Assembly (NCBI GenBank): GCA_964016885.1
Contig: OZ024740.1
Coordinates: 191,642,001-191,706,000, forward strand
Direction: 5' to 3'
DNA: 64,000 nucleotides
Origin: Eledone cirrhosa
Taxonomy: Eukaryota
The notes under the pieces were generated by a model that searched no databases, was not told the DNA's origin, and saw only the letters and a program-made list of their open reading frames with translations. The translations under genes were made by a program, and so were the position numbers. Numbering within the stretch: the stretch's first letter is position 1; each line of letters begins with the position of its first letter. Below are positions 41,924-54,990 of this stretch, piece by piece.

Positions 41924-41991
41924 TATTTATATTTTAATTATTTAAGCCTTATTTTTAAGTGAACATGACCCAATCAGTGCGGTTGGTCTAG
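41352..41991 (+). mobile_element. Non-autonomous Helitron-like element, copy 2 (head-to-tail)
   Basis: 41355-41580 is homologous to 40665-40940. Ends tgacccaatcagtgcggttggtCTAG followed by T. Confidence 0.6.
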
Positions 41992-42144
41992 TAAGTTCCC
42001 TATAATTGATACATAATGATATCAGTTTTTTGATGTTAGGTAATCCCTAAGCATACAGAAAGGAACTGAAAAGTGTGGCAGTCATACAGATTATTTCTTT
42101 ATAGGGCTGATATGGAGGATTATTTGAATTTTATATCTTGCAGA

Positions 42145-42285
42145 GTTAAGGCTTATGGCTTAGTGATTAGTGAACTAGATTCACAATTGCGAGGTTGCAA
42201 GTTTGATTCCCGCTCTGGACAATGCATCATCTCCTTGAGCAAGACACCTTTCTTTCACATTGCTCATTCTGCCTGTTATGACTGG
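42145..42285 (+). mobile_element. SINE head fragment
   Basis: tggcttagtgattag...gtttgattcc...ccttgagcaagacac. Confidence 0.7.
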
Positions 42286-42639
42286 TAGTTAGCTTAAGCA
42301 ATAGAAAGATAAATGGAGCTATAGTTTCCCTGACCTTATGTAATTGGTTCCACCCCATTCAATGAGGAAATATGATCTGAGACCTTACCGATCACATATA
42401 TCTAGCAGATCAAATGAATATGTTCCTCCATTGGCTCAGTAATGTTAATATTTTTCTTCTTTTCTACATTTTTTTCTAGGTATGAAATATTTGTGAACAT
42501 CTTATTATTTAAACAAATAAGATACTGTAGCTAAATTGCTAGGTCTATGTTAGATCTATCTCAGTTGCTTCTCTGATTTGCCTACTTGTTGAATCATTTC
42601 TATGCTTAGATATTTCAATTTCTATGTTGTCTATATTAC

Positions 42640-43725
42640 CGTCATGTCTTTGTCTGGCGTTTCCATATAGTACTTAACCTTCTTTTTGTCCTTTTAGTTC
42701 CCCCTAGTTTTGGTCTATTTTTCTCTTATGCGTCAAACTGTTTCACCTATGTATGTCGTTGTCATGTTTCTGCAGGTACCCTCTGTACATCTTATGTTAT
42801 AGAACACATTTCTTGTTTTACAATTTATCTGACGATTTATTCTGCATATAACACATTTCTTATTTGTACAGTGGGTTTTCTTAAAGGGTTATGTCCTGTT
42901 GATCAGATATGTTATGGAAGTTCCTGGTTTTTCTACCATTGTAATCTTTAGATGGGTCTTTCTTAGGGTCTTTCTACATTGCCTAGTTAATTTCCCTCCA
43001 GGGGTAGCACCCCTGAACATGACACTTTGCTATCTCTGGTTGACGTACCATGAAGTGGCTTTCCCTATCTTATATTTAGTGTTATATAAGCTATTCCATG
43101 ATTTACTCCTGTATAATAGGTAAATTCCTTTCATGTTCACTTCTACGAGGGTCTTATATTTCTCCGTGGCTCCTTTGTGTACTCAGATTATGTTTCTTTC
43201 GTTGTAGACAGAGAGCTGCATGCGATTTATGAAGTGTTGGATGTGTCTTTCCATTTCACTTCGGTCGCACATGCGGGACACATTCTTCATCACTCTTACC
43301 AAGCCTGCGATCAGGATATTAAACTTAGCACTATTGGACATTGGTGAGTTTTTGAGTATCAGGTATTTGGCGGCCATGGGTTTAGCATAATCTGAGTGGA
43401 GAATTTGGGCCCTGGCGTCTATAGTGTTTATAGAGACCCCTGTCTAATACTGGTAGTCTATTTTTAGGGTGTTTGGAAGGGTAGTCAACAGTTAGAGTAA
43501 TACTCTGTTGTATGGAGTTAGCTATCTGGTGGATGCTCTCCACTCTGCTATTTTTCAATTCATGTTTATCAGTACTATTATGTGGGGTTGTCCTTATTAT
43601 TAACATCGTCTAAGTAACGAGAGTACATGACGAGGTCTATGGAGTTATCTGTGTCTCCTCTCCCACCATAGAATAAATAGATTTGCAACGTCGCCAACTA
43701 TGCTGACACCAATGCCTGCTCCCTA
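42640..43725 (-). mobile_element. Decayed PLE (family of 32380-34720)
   Basis: TVDYPSKHPKNRLPVLD, KFNILIAGLVRVMKNVSRMC, MYSRYLDD. Confidence 0.85.
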
Positions 43726-43742
43726 AATTTATTATATATTTT

Positions 43743-43779
<37 letters not shown>

Positions 43780-43783
<4 letters not shown>

Positions 43784-45310
43784 AACACATATAGTAATCT
43801 ATTTGATATTACTATGGGTTCAAGCGATCTTGTGGGCCTCTTTCTTCTTTTTAACATAAATGCTTCCTTTCCCCACCTTAAAGGTGGTTTATATCGTGAT
43901 GACTGTCTTCTTCTTTCCAACAACCTTGGCCTCTCAGAAATAGGAAAAAAACAGAAAGCTTATTAGAACTTTCCTTAAAGACTATTATAGTCTTCATATT
44001 ACTTTTGAAAACACAAGTAAAGTAGTTAATTTCCTAGATATAACTTTAGACTTAGCTACGGGTATCTACCAACCTTACCATAAACCCAACCAAAACTTAC
44101 ACTACATACACTCACAATCTAATCACCCTAAATCTATCCTTAAAAACCTTGCATATAATATATCACTTAGAATTTCTAACCTTTCGTCTAACCAAGATGT
44201 ATTTGATAAAAATGCGACCTTCTATAACGAAGCTCTAGATAGAAGTGGCCACAAAAATAGATTGGAATATATACCTTCTACTAATAACACTATAAACATA
44301 CAACCTAATATTACCAACAAACACCAAATGAAAAGTACACACCTAAATGCCACTCACACTATACCCCAAAATACCAACATAAAACCAAATTTCTCTAACT
44401 CCTCTAATATAAAGTATAGTAACTCTCAAAGAACTACTCATCATACAACTCTAATAAATGTTAATAATAAAATTCCTAATAAACAAGCTAAAACACCTAA
44501 ATCAATAAATCTAACTAAAAATGTGCGTGGTGAGGTCATTAACATTAATCCTCCTAGTAAACATCACGATGGAACCTATAAAAACAATAAACAACATAGA
44601 AACCGTAATAGACGAGTTACTTGGTATAATGCTCCATTTAATTTACAAATTAAGGATAATATAGCTAAAAAAATGTTAATATCCTAGAGAAAAACTTCCC
44701 GCCAAACCACAAATACCATCAAATCTTAAATAGATCAACAGTTAAATTCTCATACTCAACAACCAAAAACATAAAACAAAATATAAGTGCCTATAATGCA
44801 TATAAATGTAAAAAAACCATAAGTATACTACCAATACATCAAACTAACCATAATATCTCCTCAAATACAGAATTAACGAAAGGTTGTAACTGTAGAAACA
44901 AAGCAAACTGCCCATTAAAAGGAAATTGTCTTGTTAACAAAATAGTTTATAAATGTAAAGTTAAAACTAAAGATTCTACTTGCTCATATATAGGAGCGAC
45001 TTCTAACAATTTTAAGGTAAGGTTTAATACCCACAAACACAGTTTTAAAAATACCGCACTGGCTAATACAACATCTCTAGCAGAAAAAATTAATAGTTAT
45101 AGAAATAAGAATATAGAATATGATATGACCTGGAGTGTGCTCAAAAGAGAGCACCCCTTATCAAAATAATAGAAATGACTGTAGATTGTGTTCCCAAGAA
45201 CTATTTGAAATAATGAAATCTAAGGATATCCTATTAAATAAGCGACAGGAATTAATTATATCGTGTAATCATAAACTGAGAAAAATATTTAAATATTATA
45301 AACCTAATTA
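43780..45310 (+). mobile_element. Decayed PLE, third family (GGLYRDD RT plus GIY-YIG)
   Basis: GGLYRDD at about 43883, NFLDITL, SNHP, VTWYNAPF, CNCRNKANCPLKGNCL..IVYKC..YIGAT..FKVRFNTH. Confidence 0.85.
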
Positions 45311-46200
45311 ATAATATATATTTTAGAAATTAATATATAAATTAATTTAAATGTAGTTAACCTATAATTTTAATTTAATTAAAATTCTACTACAGATGAA
45401 ATTAAAAAAATATCGTATAATCATAAACTGTGAAAAACTTTTAAATATTATTAACATAATTAATATATACTTTGGAAATTAATATATAGATTAATTTTAG
45501 TTTATTTAACCTTTTATTAAAATTCCTTTACAGATGAAATATAACAAAATATCGTGTAATTAATAACAGAGAAATACTTTTTAATATTATAAACCTAATT
45601 AATATACAATTTAGAAATTAATTTATATATTAATTTTAATTTAGTTAACCTATAATTTTAATTTAGTTAGCTTAACATTAAAATTCTAATACAGATGGAT
45701 TGCAGAATATCGTGTAATCATAAACTGAGAAAAACTTTTAAATATATACCTAATTAATATATTCTTTACAAATAAATATATAGATTAATTTTAATTTAGT
45801 TAACCTATAATTATATTCTACTATAGATAAAATACAAAAGTTTGCTTTAATTATTATAAACCTAATTAACATATACTATAGAAATTAATATATAATTTTT
45901 AATTTAGTTAACCTATAATTAATATTCTACTACCGATGAAATACTTAATTTGGCTTTCCCTATTACAAAATTCATTTCCAAAAATTGATACCATCATGTT
46001 AATATTTTTAATTTAGTTATGCTATAATTAATACTCTACTACTGTTTAACTTCAAAATTCCGCTTTAAATATTATAAACCTAAGTAGTATATACCTTAGA
46101 AATTAATATATTAACTATTTTTACTTTAATTAACCTATAATTAATAGTCTACTTATATTAAAATACATAATTTAGCCTTCTTTCTTACAAATACCATTTC
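45259..46200 (+). repeat. Degenerate AT-rich tandem array (units of about 110-160 bp)
   Basis: atcgt(g/a)taatcataaactg... recurs at about 45259, 45412, 45550 and 45708, with shorter units beyond. Confidence 0.8.
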
Positions 46201-46458
46201 CTAATACTGACACTACTATGTAAACATACATTATGATTTAAATGCAGATTAATATTCTATGTTCCTTGAAACCTATATTTACTATTTCCCACTAATAATT
46301 TTAATCCCCCTTTCCACCCCACCCCACCCACCCCAATTATTATTCGTATTTGTAAGCGTGGATGTATGTATGTGTATGTAAGTATGTATGTATGTTTGTT
46401 TGTTTGTATGTGTGTATAAAAATACATATGTGCGCATGTAAATATGTGTGTATGAGTG

Positions 46459-46491
<33 letters not shown>

Positions 46492-46579
46492 GTGTATGTA
46501 TGTATGTGTATTTATATGTATTTGTAGAGATGTGTGTATGTATGTGTATATATGTGCATAAGTGTCTGACTGTGTGTAT

Positions 46580-46649
<70 letters not shown>

Positions 46650-46774
46650 ATGTATGTCTCTATATTTATGTATGTCTGAGTGTGTGTGTGTGGTTGTGTG
46701 TATATATACATGGGTATATGTGTTTGTATGTATATATATGTATATGTATGTGTATGTGTATATATGTGTGTATA

Positions 46775-46815
<41 letters not shown>

Positions 46816-46906
46816 CGAAGGAAATGTGGTAAGGAACCAGGTGGACTATAACGCACCAAAGTACTCAATACTTGAGATAATAGAGTGGGTAATAGGAACC
46901 AGTAAG

Positions 46907-47000
46907 ACCCCGACAGCTGAGCTCAAGCCGTTTCGACGGCTAATTCTGGACTAAATGAACATTTATCCTGGTATTTAAATAGCCGATCTTCTCAAGGGGT
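46907..47000 (-). ncRNA. Complete type I hammerhead ribozyme, U3-A8 core
   Basis: ACCCC-TTGAGAA-GA(t)CGGCTA...TAGCCGTC-GAAA-CGGCT-tgagctc-AGCTG-TC-GGGGT. All three stems form. Confidence 0.8.
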
Positions 47001-47999
47001 AATTCCATATATGGTGAAAGTGATTGTCAAAAATCAGTAGTAATTCTGTGGTTGCAAATTAGTAGGGAAGATGGTGGCTAAACCTGCCAGTAGGAGAAAG
47101 AGGGGCGGGGGTGGAGTAGACCCAATCAAGCGGTGGTAGTGCCAGCTACAGCTGGGCATGAGGTCAAAGAAGATACAGGGGAGGGGGAGGGGGAGGAAGT
47201 CGGAACGGTAGGTAGAACAATGGGGGGTGGAAGGGGTAGAAATATACAGGAAAGAAAAAATACTGAGAGTGAAGAAAAGCAAATAAGTGTAAAGAAAAAA
47301 GTAAAGTAAATTAAATTCTACGACCTAGGTCTCAGGCTATTGTTAGGCTAGAATAAAATAAAGAAAGAAAGAAAGAAGTAAAGAAAAGAAAAAAATAAAT
47401 AAAGAAATAACGAAATAACGAAATAAGTAAAAGAACTAGGTGGGACGGAATATGGCAAGGACCCTTTTAAGAGGTATAAGTACGTAAATGATACGGTGAC
47501 GGGTCAACAAAAGGGGCCAAAATACTAAAGAGACTACAACGAAATAAACAATAAAGGTTTCCAACCCGGGCCAGCAACGATCTAGTGCAGCAAAGTGAAC
47601 TTGTACGAGATAATAATTCTGAGTCCCGAGAAAAATATATACTAATGCTAACTCTAAAAGATCTAAAACAAGCTACATGAAAGTTCGTACGAAATAAAGG
47701 TAGAATACGGAGAAATAAATTCAGAATCCACCCCGCCCAGAAGAAAAGCGGAGCAAGAAAAACTGAAACGAAAAAATAAGGCATAAGTGCCACTAAGAAA
47801 TATAGAGGGCACAGAGAATAGTGGGAGCGGTCGGAAAAAGGGGGCAAGTATCCGGGGTCTAAGCCAACTGCTATATAGGGCGGAGTCCGCCAAATCTATC
47901 ATAGACTAGGGGAGGGGGTGGTGGGGGTACTAAGGCTACATGGGGCCAAAGGGCAGCCTCGGGTGGGCGAGAAAAGACGCCGACAATCCAATTTACGTT

Positions 48000-48990
48000 T
48001 CTATTATTAATTCTATTTATATTTTGTGCTATTGTCATAGTAGTAAAGCAGGATAGTTTTATAGAGTGTCTGTTAAAAATAGAGTGGTATCTAGGGGTTT
48101 AGGAAAACATTTATCTAGTGCTTTAAAGAATAGCTTTGCTGAAGGTGTTTTAACGCTTAATGAGAATGGGGAGACTACCAAATAATATTTCTAGTTCTAG
48201 TTTTTTTGTTTGGTTTAGTGTTTAAGTTAAATTGTTTACTATTATTATAATTAATACTAGAATGATTTGTCATATTATTGTTATCTATGTATTTAATTAT
48301 ATTCGAGTATCCTGCTCTATGTAAGGCTTCATTATTATATTCAGCCTTATCATCAAATATATTTTTTATTAGCAGGGATGCGTTAAATCCGTTGTTGGAC
48401 GCTATTTACAATAGTGTTTTTAACACTTCTAGTATGATTAAAATTGAAACTTACATAATTTAGATTTTATTTAATTTTATGGAAAGGATAGTAAAGACCC
48501 GTGCTGGAGATTTAAGGTTACACCTAAGAAGTTAACGATTTTATAATTATTCTCTATTTCTAACTTAAGGTTGTAGTTGTTGAAAAACTGTATTATAGAT
48601 TTTCTTTTCATATTAAATTCACTATTGCTTAGGTTTTCAATTAAAAGCAACATATCGTCCCGATATAAACCTCCGGTCTTCTCCGGAATTTTCCTTTGCA
48701 GTACATTATTAATAAATAATCCAACGAGGTCCGTTAGTTGCGCAGAGTCAGATGATCCCATAGTGATATCAACATTTTTTTTACTGTCGGCTCCTGTCTT
48801 GAAATGATTATTAAATTATATTTTATTGTTTTACGTGCAGTTAGAATTATATTTCCCTCATCACTAGATAAGTATGTATGTTTAGGCGCGTAGATAAGTG
48901 CCTTATTAAGTAAACTAGGTGTAATAGAGGAGTAGTAATTTGCAATATTCATTTGATGAATTTGTTGTTACGTTTTAATTTTAAGTTATT
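48000..48990 (-). mobile_element. Decayed PLE third family, minus-strand copy
   Basis: NIANYYSSITPSLLNKAL, MGSSDSAQLTDLVG, GGLYRDD. Confidence 0.85.
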
Positions 48991-49009
48991 GAACCAATTT
49001 ATAACTTCA

Positions 49010-51685
49010 TTAGAAGAACAAAACAATTTTGATATCACTATGGGATCATCAGACTCAGCGCAACTAATGGACATCGTTCTATTATTTAATAATAATGTAC
49101 TGCATAGGAAAATGCCAGATATTACCGGAGGTTTATATCGTGACGATATGTTGATTTTAATTGAAAACTATAGCAATAGTGAAATTAATATTAAAAGAAA
49201 ATCCATAATACAACTTTTCAACAACTACAACATTAAGTTAGAAATAGAGAATAACTACAAAATCGTTAACTTCTTAGATGTAACCTTAAACCTCCAGCCT
49301 TTACTATCCTTTCCATAAAATTATCGAAAATCTAAATTATGTAAGTTTCAATTCTAATCATCCTTGAAGAATTTAAAAAAACTCTATTGTCAATAGCGGC
49401 CAACAACCGATGTCCCGCATCCGCGCTAACAAAAATATCTTTGATGATAAGGCTGAATATTATATATTATAATGAAGCTTTACATAGAGCAGGATACTCG
49501 AATATGATTAAATACATAGATAAAAATAATATGACAAATCATCCTAGTATTAATTATAATAATAATAAACAATTTAACTTAAACACTAAACCAAACAAAA
49601 AAACTAGAATTAGAAATATTATTTGGTACTCTACGCGATTCTCATTAAGCGTTAAAACACCTTTAGCAAAGGTATTCTTTAAAGCACTAGATAAATGTTT
49701 TCCTAATGTCCACATATACAACTATATTTTTAACAGAAACAATATAAAACTATTCTACTCTACTACTATGAACATAGGACAAAATATAAATAGAATTAAT
49801 AATAAAAACTTAAATTTAAACCCTGACCAAACTAACCAACATAGCAATAATAATATGTCTATCAACAATATTCAGAATAATAGAATAACAATAACTCCTA
49901 TAAATGTAACTGTAGAATCAGATCACACTGCCCTTTACAAAATAATTGTTTAGACAAAAACGTAGTTTATAAATGCACAGTTAAAACTAAAGACAAAATG
50001 TTTAACTCTGTCGGTGCCACTTCAACACAATTTAAAGAACGCTGGGATAACCATAATCATACATTTAGATCTCATAAAAAATCTTCTACTTCACTTTCAC
50101 ATCTAATTTTGAACTTAAAGGCAACAATATAGAGTATTCAATATCTGGGAGAACGATTTCAAAAGCACCTGCATACCGAAATATGGCTTTATCAAGATTC
50201 TGTAAATTGTGTATGGAAGACATTTTTTATATAATTAACTGTCAAAACTCTATTAATCTTAGAACATAATTATTTTCTTCTTGCAGACACCGGCAAAATT
50301 CCACGTTCAGTACTATTTTTAATTTATAATATTCCTATACACCTTCAAAATGATCCTATTTTTTTTTTATTTAAATGTAAATTTTTTAATAATTCTAAAT
50401 TTGTTTAATATCTCTAATATTTCTAATACGTTTAATAAATGTATTTCATATTTTTAATTCCGTCATGATTTTAATTCTGGCATTATTTTTAATTGATATG
50501 TTATTTTTCTAATGACACCCCTCTAAATATATTTTTTAGATGAAGATTGATAAACTTTAAATGACATTCTGAATATTTATCCTCTTTACGATAATTCTTC
50601 GAAAAGCACATTGCGTTTTTCCTCTCATTTTGTTATTCAAGTAAAATAATTCGACTAAAATAATTAATCTCGACTAAAATAATTAATTTAGACTAAAATA
50701 ATTAATCTCACCCGAAATAATATATAATTCTCTCTATATATTTAGAAGTAAATCACTCATCAAACGTAACGGTTAACAACCAAATTTGGAATTAACTTTC
50801 CTTTCTCAATCGTGCAAACATAAACATATTATGTTTGATAATCTATATAACTTCGCTAAATTTACAATATTCTGAAAACATTTTCAATGTTGAACAACAT
50901 TTTCGAATCTACAAATTGTTCTCCTCTCACAAATTTAACTACCTATATTTTTTTAATAAAATACAAAATCAATATCCTTCGTGACTCATATTAGATATAT
51001 AAACAACTAATAATTGTAAATCATTTCTATCTCTATAATATACATACCCAATTATTAATCTATATATATATTTATATACATATAACATATCGTAATGTAA
51101 TAAGATAAAAATATTTACAACCATAATTCTTCATATAATCTAATTAATTATATATACAATATTATAACTCATAATATAGGTAAATAAATTTAAATTTAAA
51201 CTCTGGAATCATATTCCACTTTTATTAACCCACATTAACGTAAATGCTAGCTCATGTTCCTTTAAATGTTTTCCTACGCATACAAAAACTTATCATAATT
51301 ATTTAAATTCTCAATAGCGTCTAAAATAACGTTTCTTCAGCCCTTTACCTAAACCTCATTTGCATACTCATCTTAATAATTTGAAATATTTGACTTTTCT
51401 TCTCTTATCCGTTCACTATCCAAGGAAACGTGAACCGTTACGCTCTATATACTTGGTTATGTCAAACTTTATGAAACACACTTTGTATTTGTTTCTAATG
51501 ATAACGTACCAAAGGTTTGGTACCCTTGAAATATATATAATAGAATAAATATTTTTTTATAAATATAGTTTCCATTTATTTATTATCATTGAATATTATA
51601 CTCCACAAAACTGTCGAGTGCTTTGAATCAGTTATAAACATTCATATTTTTTGAATTACCAACAAATTGAATATCCCTTCTGCTT
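49010..51685 (+). mobile_element. Decayed PLE third family, plus-strand copy with GIY-YIG, long 3' UTR and pseudo-LTR end
   Basis: MGSSDSAQL, GGLYRDD, RNIIWY, CNCRIRSHCPLQNNCL..VVYKC. Degenerate HHR CTAATGA..GTACCAAA-gg-TTTGGTAC..GAAA at 51495-51531. Confidence 0.8.
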
Positions 51686-51719
51686 ATATATATATATATA
51701 TATAAATTTTAGTACAGCA

Positions 51720-52200
51720 TTAACGAAGCTTTAGGCTGCGGCTAAGCTAGCGAATGCAATTTCGGCATGTAGCTTTAGCACTCGATGGAGAATTATACCC
51801 CAGAGTAATAACAATACGTTTAGACAGCTTTGCAAATCAAATATAGCGATCGGCAGTCCAGCCTCATTGCCATAGCAACGAAAAAGACTGGCCTAAGGAA
51901 AATATTTTTGACTGACCTGGACCATCACGCGGAGACCGAATGCAATATATACTGCATATCGTATAGCATACGATATACATCACATATAACATACAACATC
52001 CACGCTAGGTTTCTGTAAATCCGACATCGACTAATTCCGCTTGCACGTTAATGACATTTGACGACACAACAAAGTATTTACTTCGTCAACAAGTCTTGCG
52101 TTCTATAGCCTCAGCGGGTGTGTTCTAGCAGTAAATTACGCTATAGACACGTGGTTTTCTCCATGGAGGCAACCCCCGTTTTGGCTGTGAATTCGAAATT
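51720..52200. promoter_or_regulatory. CpG-rich unique segment with RFX X-box-like motifs; possible promoter
   Basis: ATTGCCATAGCAAC at 51866-51879, CACGTG at 52148-52153, GTTTTCTCCATGGAGGCAAC at 52154-52173. Confidence 0.3.
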
Positions 52201-52299
52201 TGAGACAAAGGAATGAAATTCCCTTAGACAAACCGAATTAAGCATTCAACCAGAAATTATCAAACAAACATAAACAATTAATCAATCAATAGAATTGTC

Positions 52300-52760
52300 T
52301 AATTAAATTAATTTTGGTTGGAATCCACATATGTTTGTCGCCTGTATTGCATCTTTTCTGTGTTTGGATATGATTTTTTTCTCTATGTTCTCTAATGTGC
52401 CCCTATGTTCTATTTTGGCATGCTGGTGGAGTACTGATGAGTTTTTCCCGTCCTGGAGTTCTCGCCAGTGTTCACTTATTGTTTCTACTATGCTACAGGC
52501 TGATTCACCTCTGTATGTTATGTTCTTATTCCTACACTGTCCCGCAGTACATCTTATACTATATACTATATTCCTAGATATGCAAAGTTTGCGGGTTTAG
52601 CTTGTAGACTATGGATTTAGTATCAGCGCTGGGGGATCTTTGAAATGGGTATGTTTATCTAATTAAGGTTTTTAAGGGAATACCTGGTCTTTCAACTATC
52701 TGAATATTTAATTTGAATTCGTCTAGAGCCCTTCTAAATCTGTAAGCTAGTTAGCCTCTA
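52300..52760 (-). mobile_element. PLE GIY-YIG fragment (second family)
   Basis: Minus strand NIVYSIRCTAGQC..YRGESACSI..ISEHWRELQDGKNSSVLHQHAKIEH. Confidence 0.8.
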
Positions 52761-53937
52761 TGGGTATTGACGAACATTACACTCTGGTATGTATTCCTAT
52801 CATACCATGAGGTTATTTTATTTGACTTATTCCTAATCCTTTCTATCATGTTCCAACTTTTAATTAGCTGCTTTTTGCCGCGTATATTAAGAAGGGAAGT
52901 AGGGTAAACCAGTGTATATTATACCCTCTCTCTTATTTTACTTTCAATTACTTGTCATTTCAAATATCATTCATTCCAGCTATTTCTTATCTCGAAACAT
53001 TTATTTTTCACTAACTCCTTATCTGTCAATTTCTGTTTTGTTTTTTTAAACAAGAATTATTGTTATTTTATTTTTATACGCACGCTGCCAGAGATATTTT
53101 TCGGGGGAAATAATCAATTAACAATACTTGAACAATAATTATTTTACCGGTGTGGGAATGATTTTATGTATCAATAATGCCAGAAAAAAGCTGTAGTACA
53201 TCCTCTCTCCTGGATCTGGCCCTTTCTTTCAAACTTGGTCTTAAATTTGTCTATCTTGCCTACTATATATATATATATATATATAGGAAAGTAAAAGACA
53301 ACAACAATGCAGTAGTATGAATTACAAAAGGTATTAAATTCATGCTTAGAGAGAGGGGGGTTACGTTTCGGGCATGCGCCCTCCATCAGGGGAGTGTGGA
53401 TGGGTGAGGGGGGGTTACTCCGAAATGAAGTGAGGAAGGAGTTAGTGGCAAACAAATTAAGCATGAGGTCGAACATAAAAGATAAAAACAAGTTGTGAAA
53501 AGATGTGAGGCGTGTAGAGGTGGTGGTTCATGGTGCGGTTGATAGAAGAAGGGGGGAGCAGGAGATAGAGGGGGAAGGAAACAAAGGGATCCGAGCGGGT
53601 AGGACGGAAGGTCATGTGTATGTGTGTGTGTGTGTGTGTGTGTAGGTGTACGAGTGTGTGTATGCGTGGATGTAAGTGTGAGTGTCTGGGGGAGAATGAG
53701 TTTGCGTGCTTGGGTTTTTGAAAACCATTGTGTTGTTGTGGTGGAATGTAAGTGTTTGTGTCTGTGTGCATGTGCGTTTGGGTGGAAAGGGGTTGGATGG
53801 GGTGGGGAAGAGCGTGCGGAACCCGGAAGCAGAGTAGGTCTATTGGAGGATGCGCACGTGTATGTGTGTCTTTGTGTGGTGTGGACACGTGTGAATGTAT
53901 GGATGCGTGTGTACGAACATTGTATAGGTGTATGCGT

Positions 53938-53976
<39 letters not shown>

Positions 53977-54198
53977 CATATATAGTTATGTATTAAACAA
54001 CATAAGGTAATTATTTTAATTACCAGTGGTTCCTTGAAAGGAAACACAATTTGCTTTCTCTCATCAGAATGAAAAAATCCTGGTGTATTTATTGACATTG
54101 AATTTTAAAAACAAAAATATAATCTATACATAACTATTAAGCTCTGTAACCTACATAGAGCACTCTTTTTTCCTGGACCTTTCCGACGGAATTTCTTC

Positions 54199-54246
<48 letters not shown>

Positions 54247-54276
54247 TGATCAAAAGATGGCTAAAAGAGTTCCATG

Positions 54277-54347
54277 TATTTTATTATGCGCATTTCAAAA
54301 ACAAATATCATCATGCGATGACATTTGCGTTTTCGTCAGATAAAATA
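54277..54347 (-). ncRNA. Type I hammerhead ribozyme with a long stem II
   Basis: TATTTTAT-CTGACGA-aaacgcaaatgtcatc-gcat-gatgatatttgttttt-GAAA-TGCGCA-TA-ATAAAATA. Lies in element 54245-54767. Confidence 0.8.
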
Positions 54348-54807
54348 GGGAGATATGATATGAAGGTTAAAAAACATTTGTGAATAGTGCAGTTTTAAAT
54401 CAACATATGAAAAGTAGTTTTAGATTGATGTGTGATATTGGGAAAAAAATGGAGGGGGCGGTTGGAAAGGATGAAAAAGAGGAGGAGATGAGAGTAAATA
54501 ATCGAAGTGTAGGAGTATAATAAGGAAGGATGAGATAGGAGGAGAGATGGGTGATAGAGAGAAAAAGATAGCTTTTATAACTGAGAAAAATATATTGTTT
54601 TACATAGAGGGGTTAAAAAACCGTTGGAAGCTAAAATACATGGAACTCTTTTAACCATCTTTTGATCTTATATATTATTCATACTCCAGTTCTACAAACT
54701 GTAGAGTGCTACTTATCCGTAATCTGCATTGCTTTATTGTACTACAATAAAACTCACCTCCTACATGTATATATATATATATATATATTCTGCATATGTA
54801 TGTATAT

Positions 54808-54990
54808 ATCTTCACCTTCACTGTATAACGTCCACTGTTCCACGCTAGCATGTGTTAGACGAGTTGTCTAGTTGTGATAAATGACGGCTGAGGTGACCAT
54901 ATCTTGCTCATACAGAATTTATTTGGGCTTGGCTGCCCTTCCTAATGCCAACCTCATTTACAGTAGTAATGGGCGAATTTTTGTGTGGGA
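54808..54990 (-). mobile_element. SINE family A 3' fragment
   Basis: ttccacgctagcatg.gttagacgagttgtc, as at 18477-18508. Confidence 0.65.

Noticed and set aside
47467-47902. Minus-strand ORFs of 126 aa and 79 aa
   Set aside because: Compositionally biased, with no motifs; probably PLE 3' UTR upstream of the 46907 ribozyme.
53355-53395. CTGATGG-a-GGGC-gcat-GCCC-GAAACGT on the minus strand
   Set aside because: Good stem II, but the core is altered and there is no stem I partner; counted only as a degenerate remnant.
54035-54200. CTGATGA and ATGAAGA..GAAA motifs on the minus strand
   Set aside because: They cannot be folded into a complete hammerhead.
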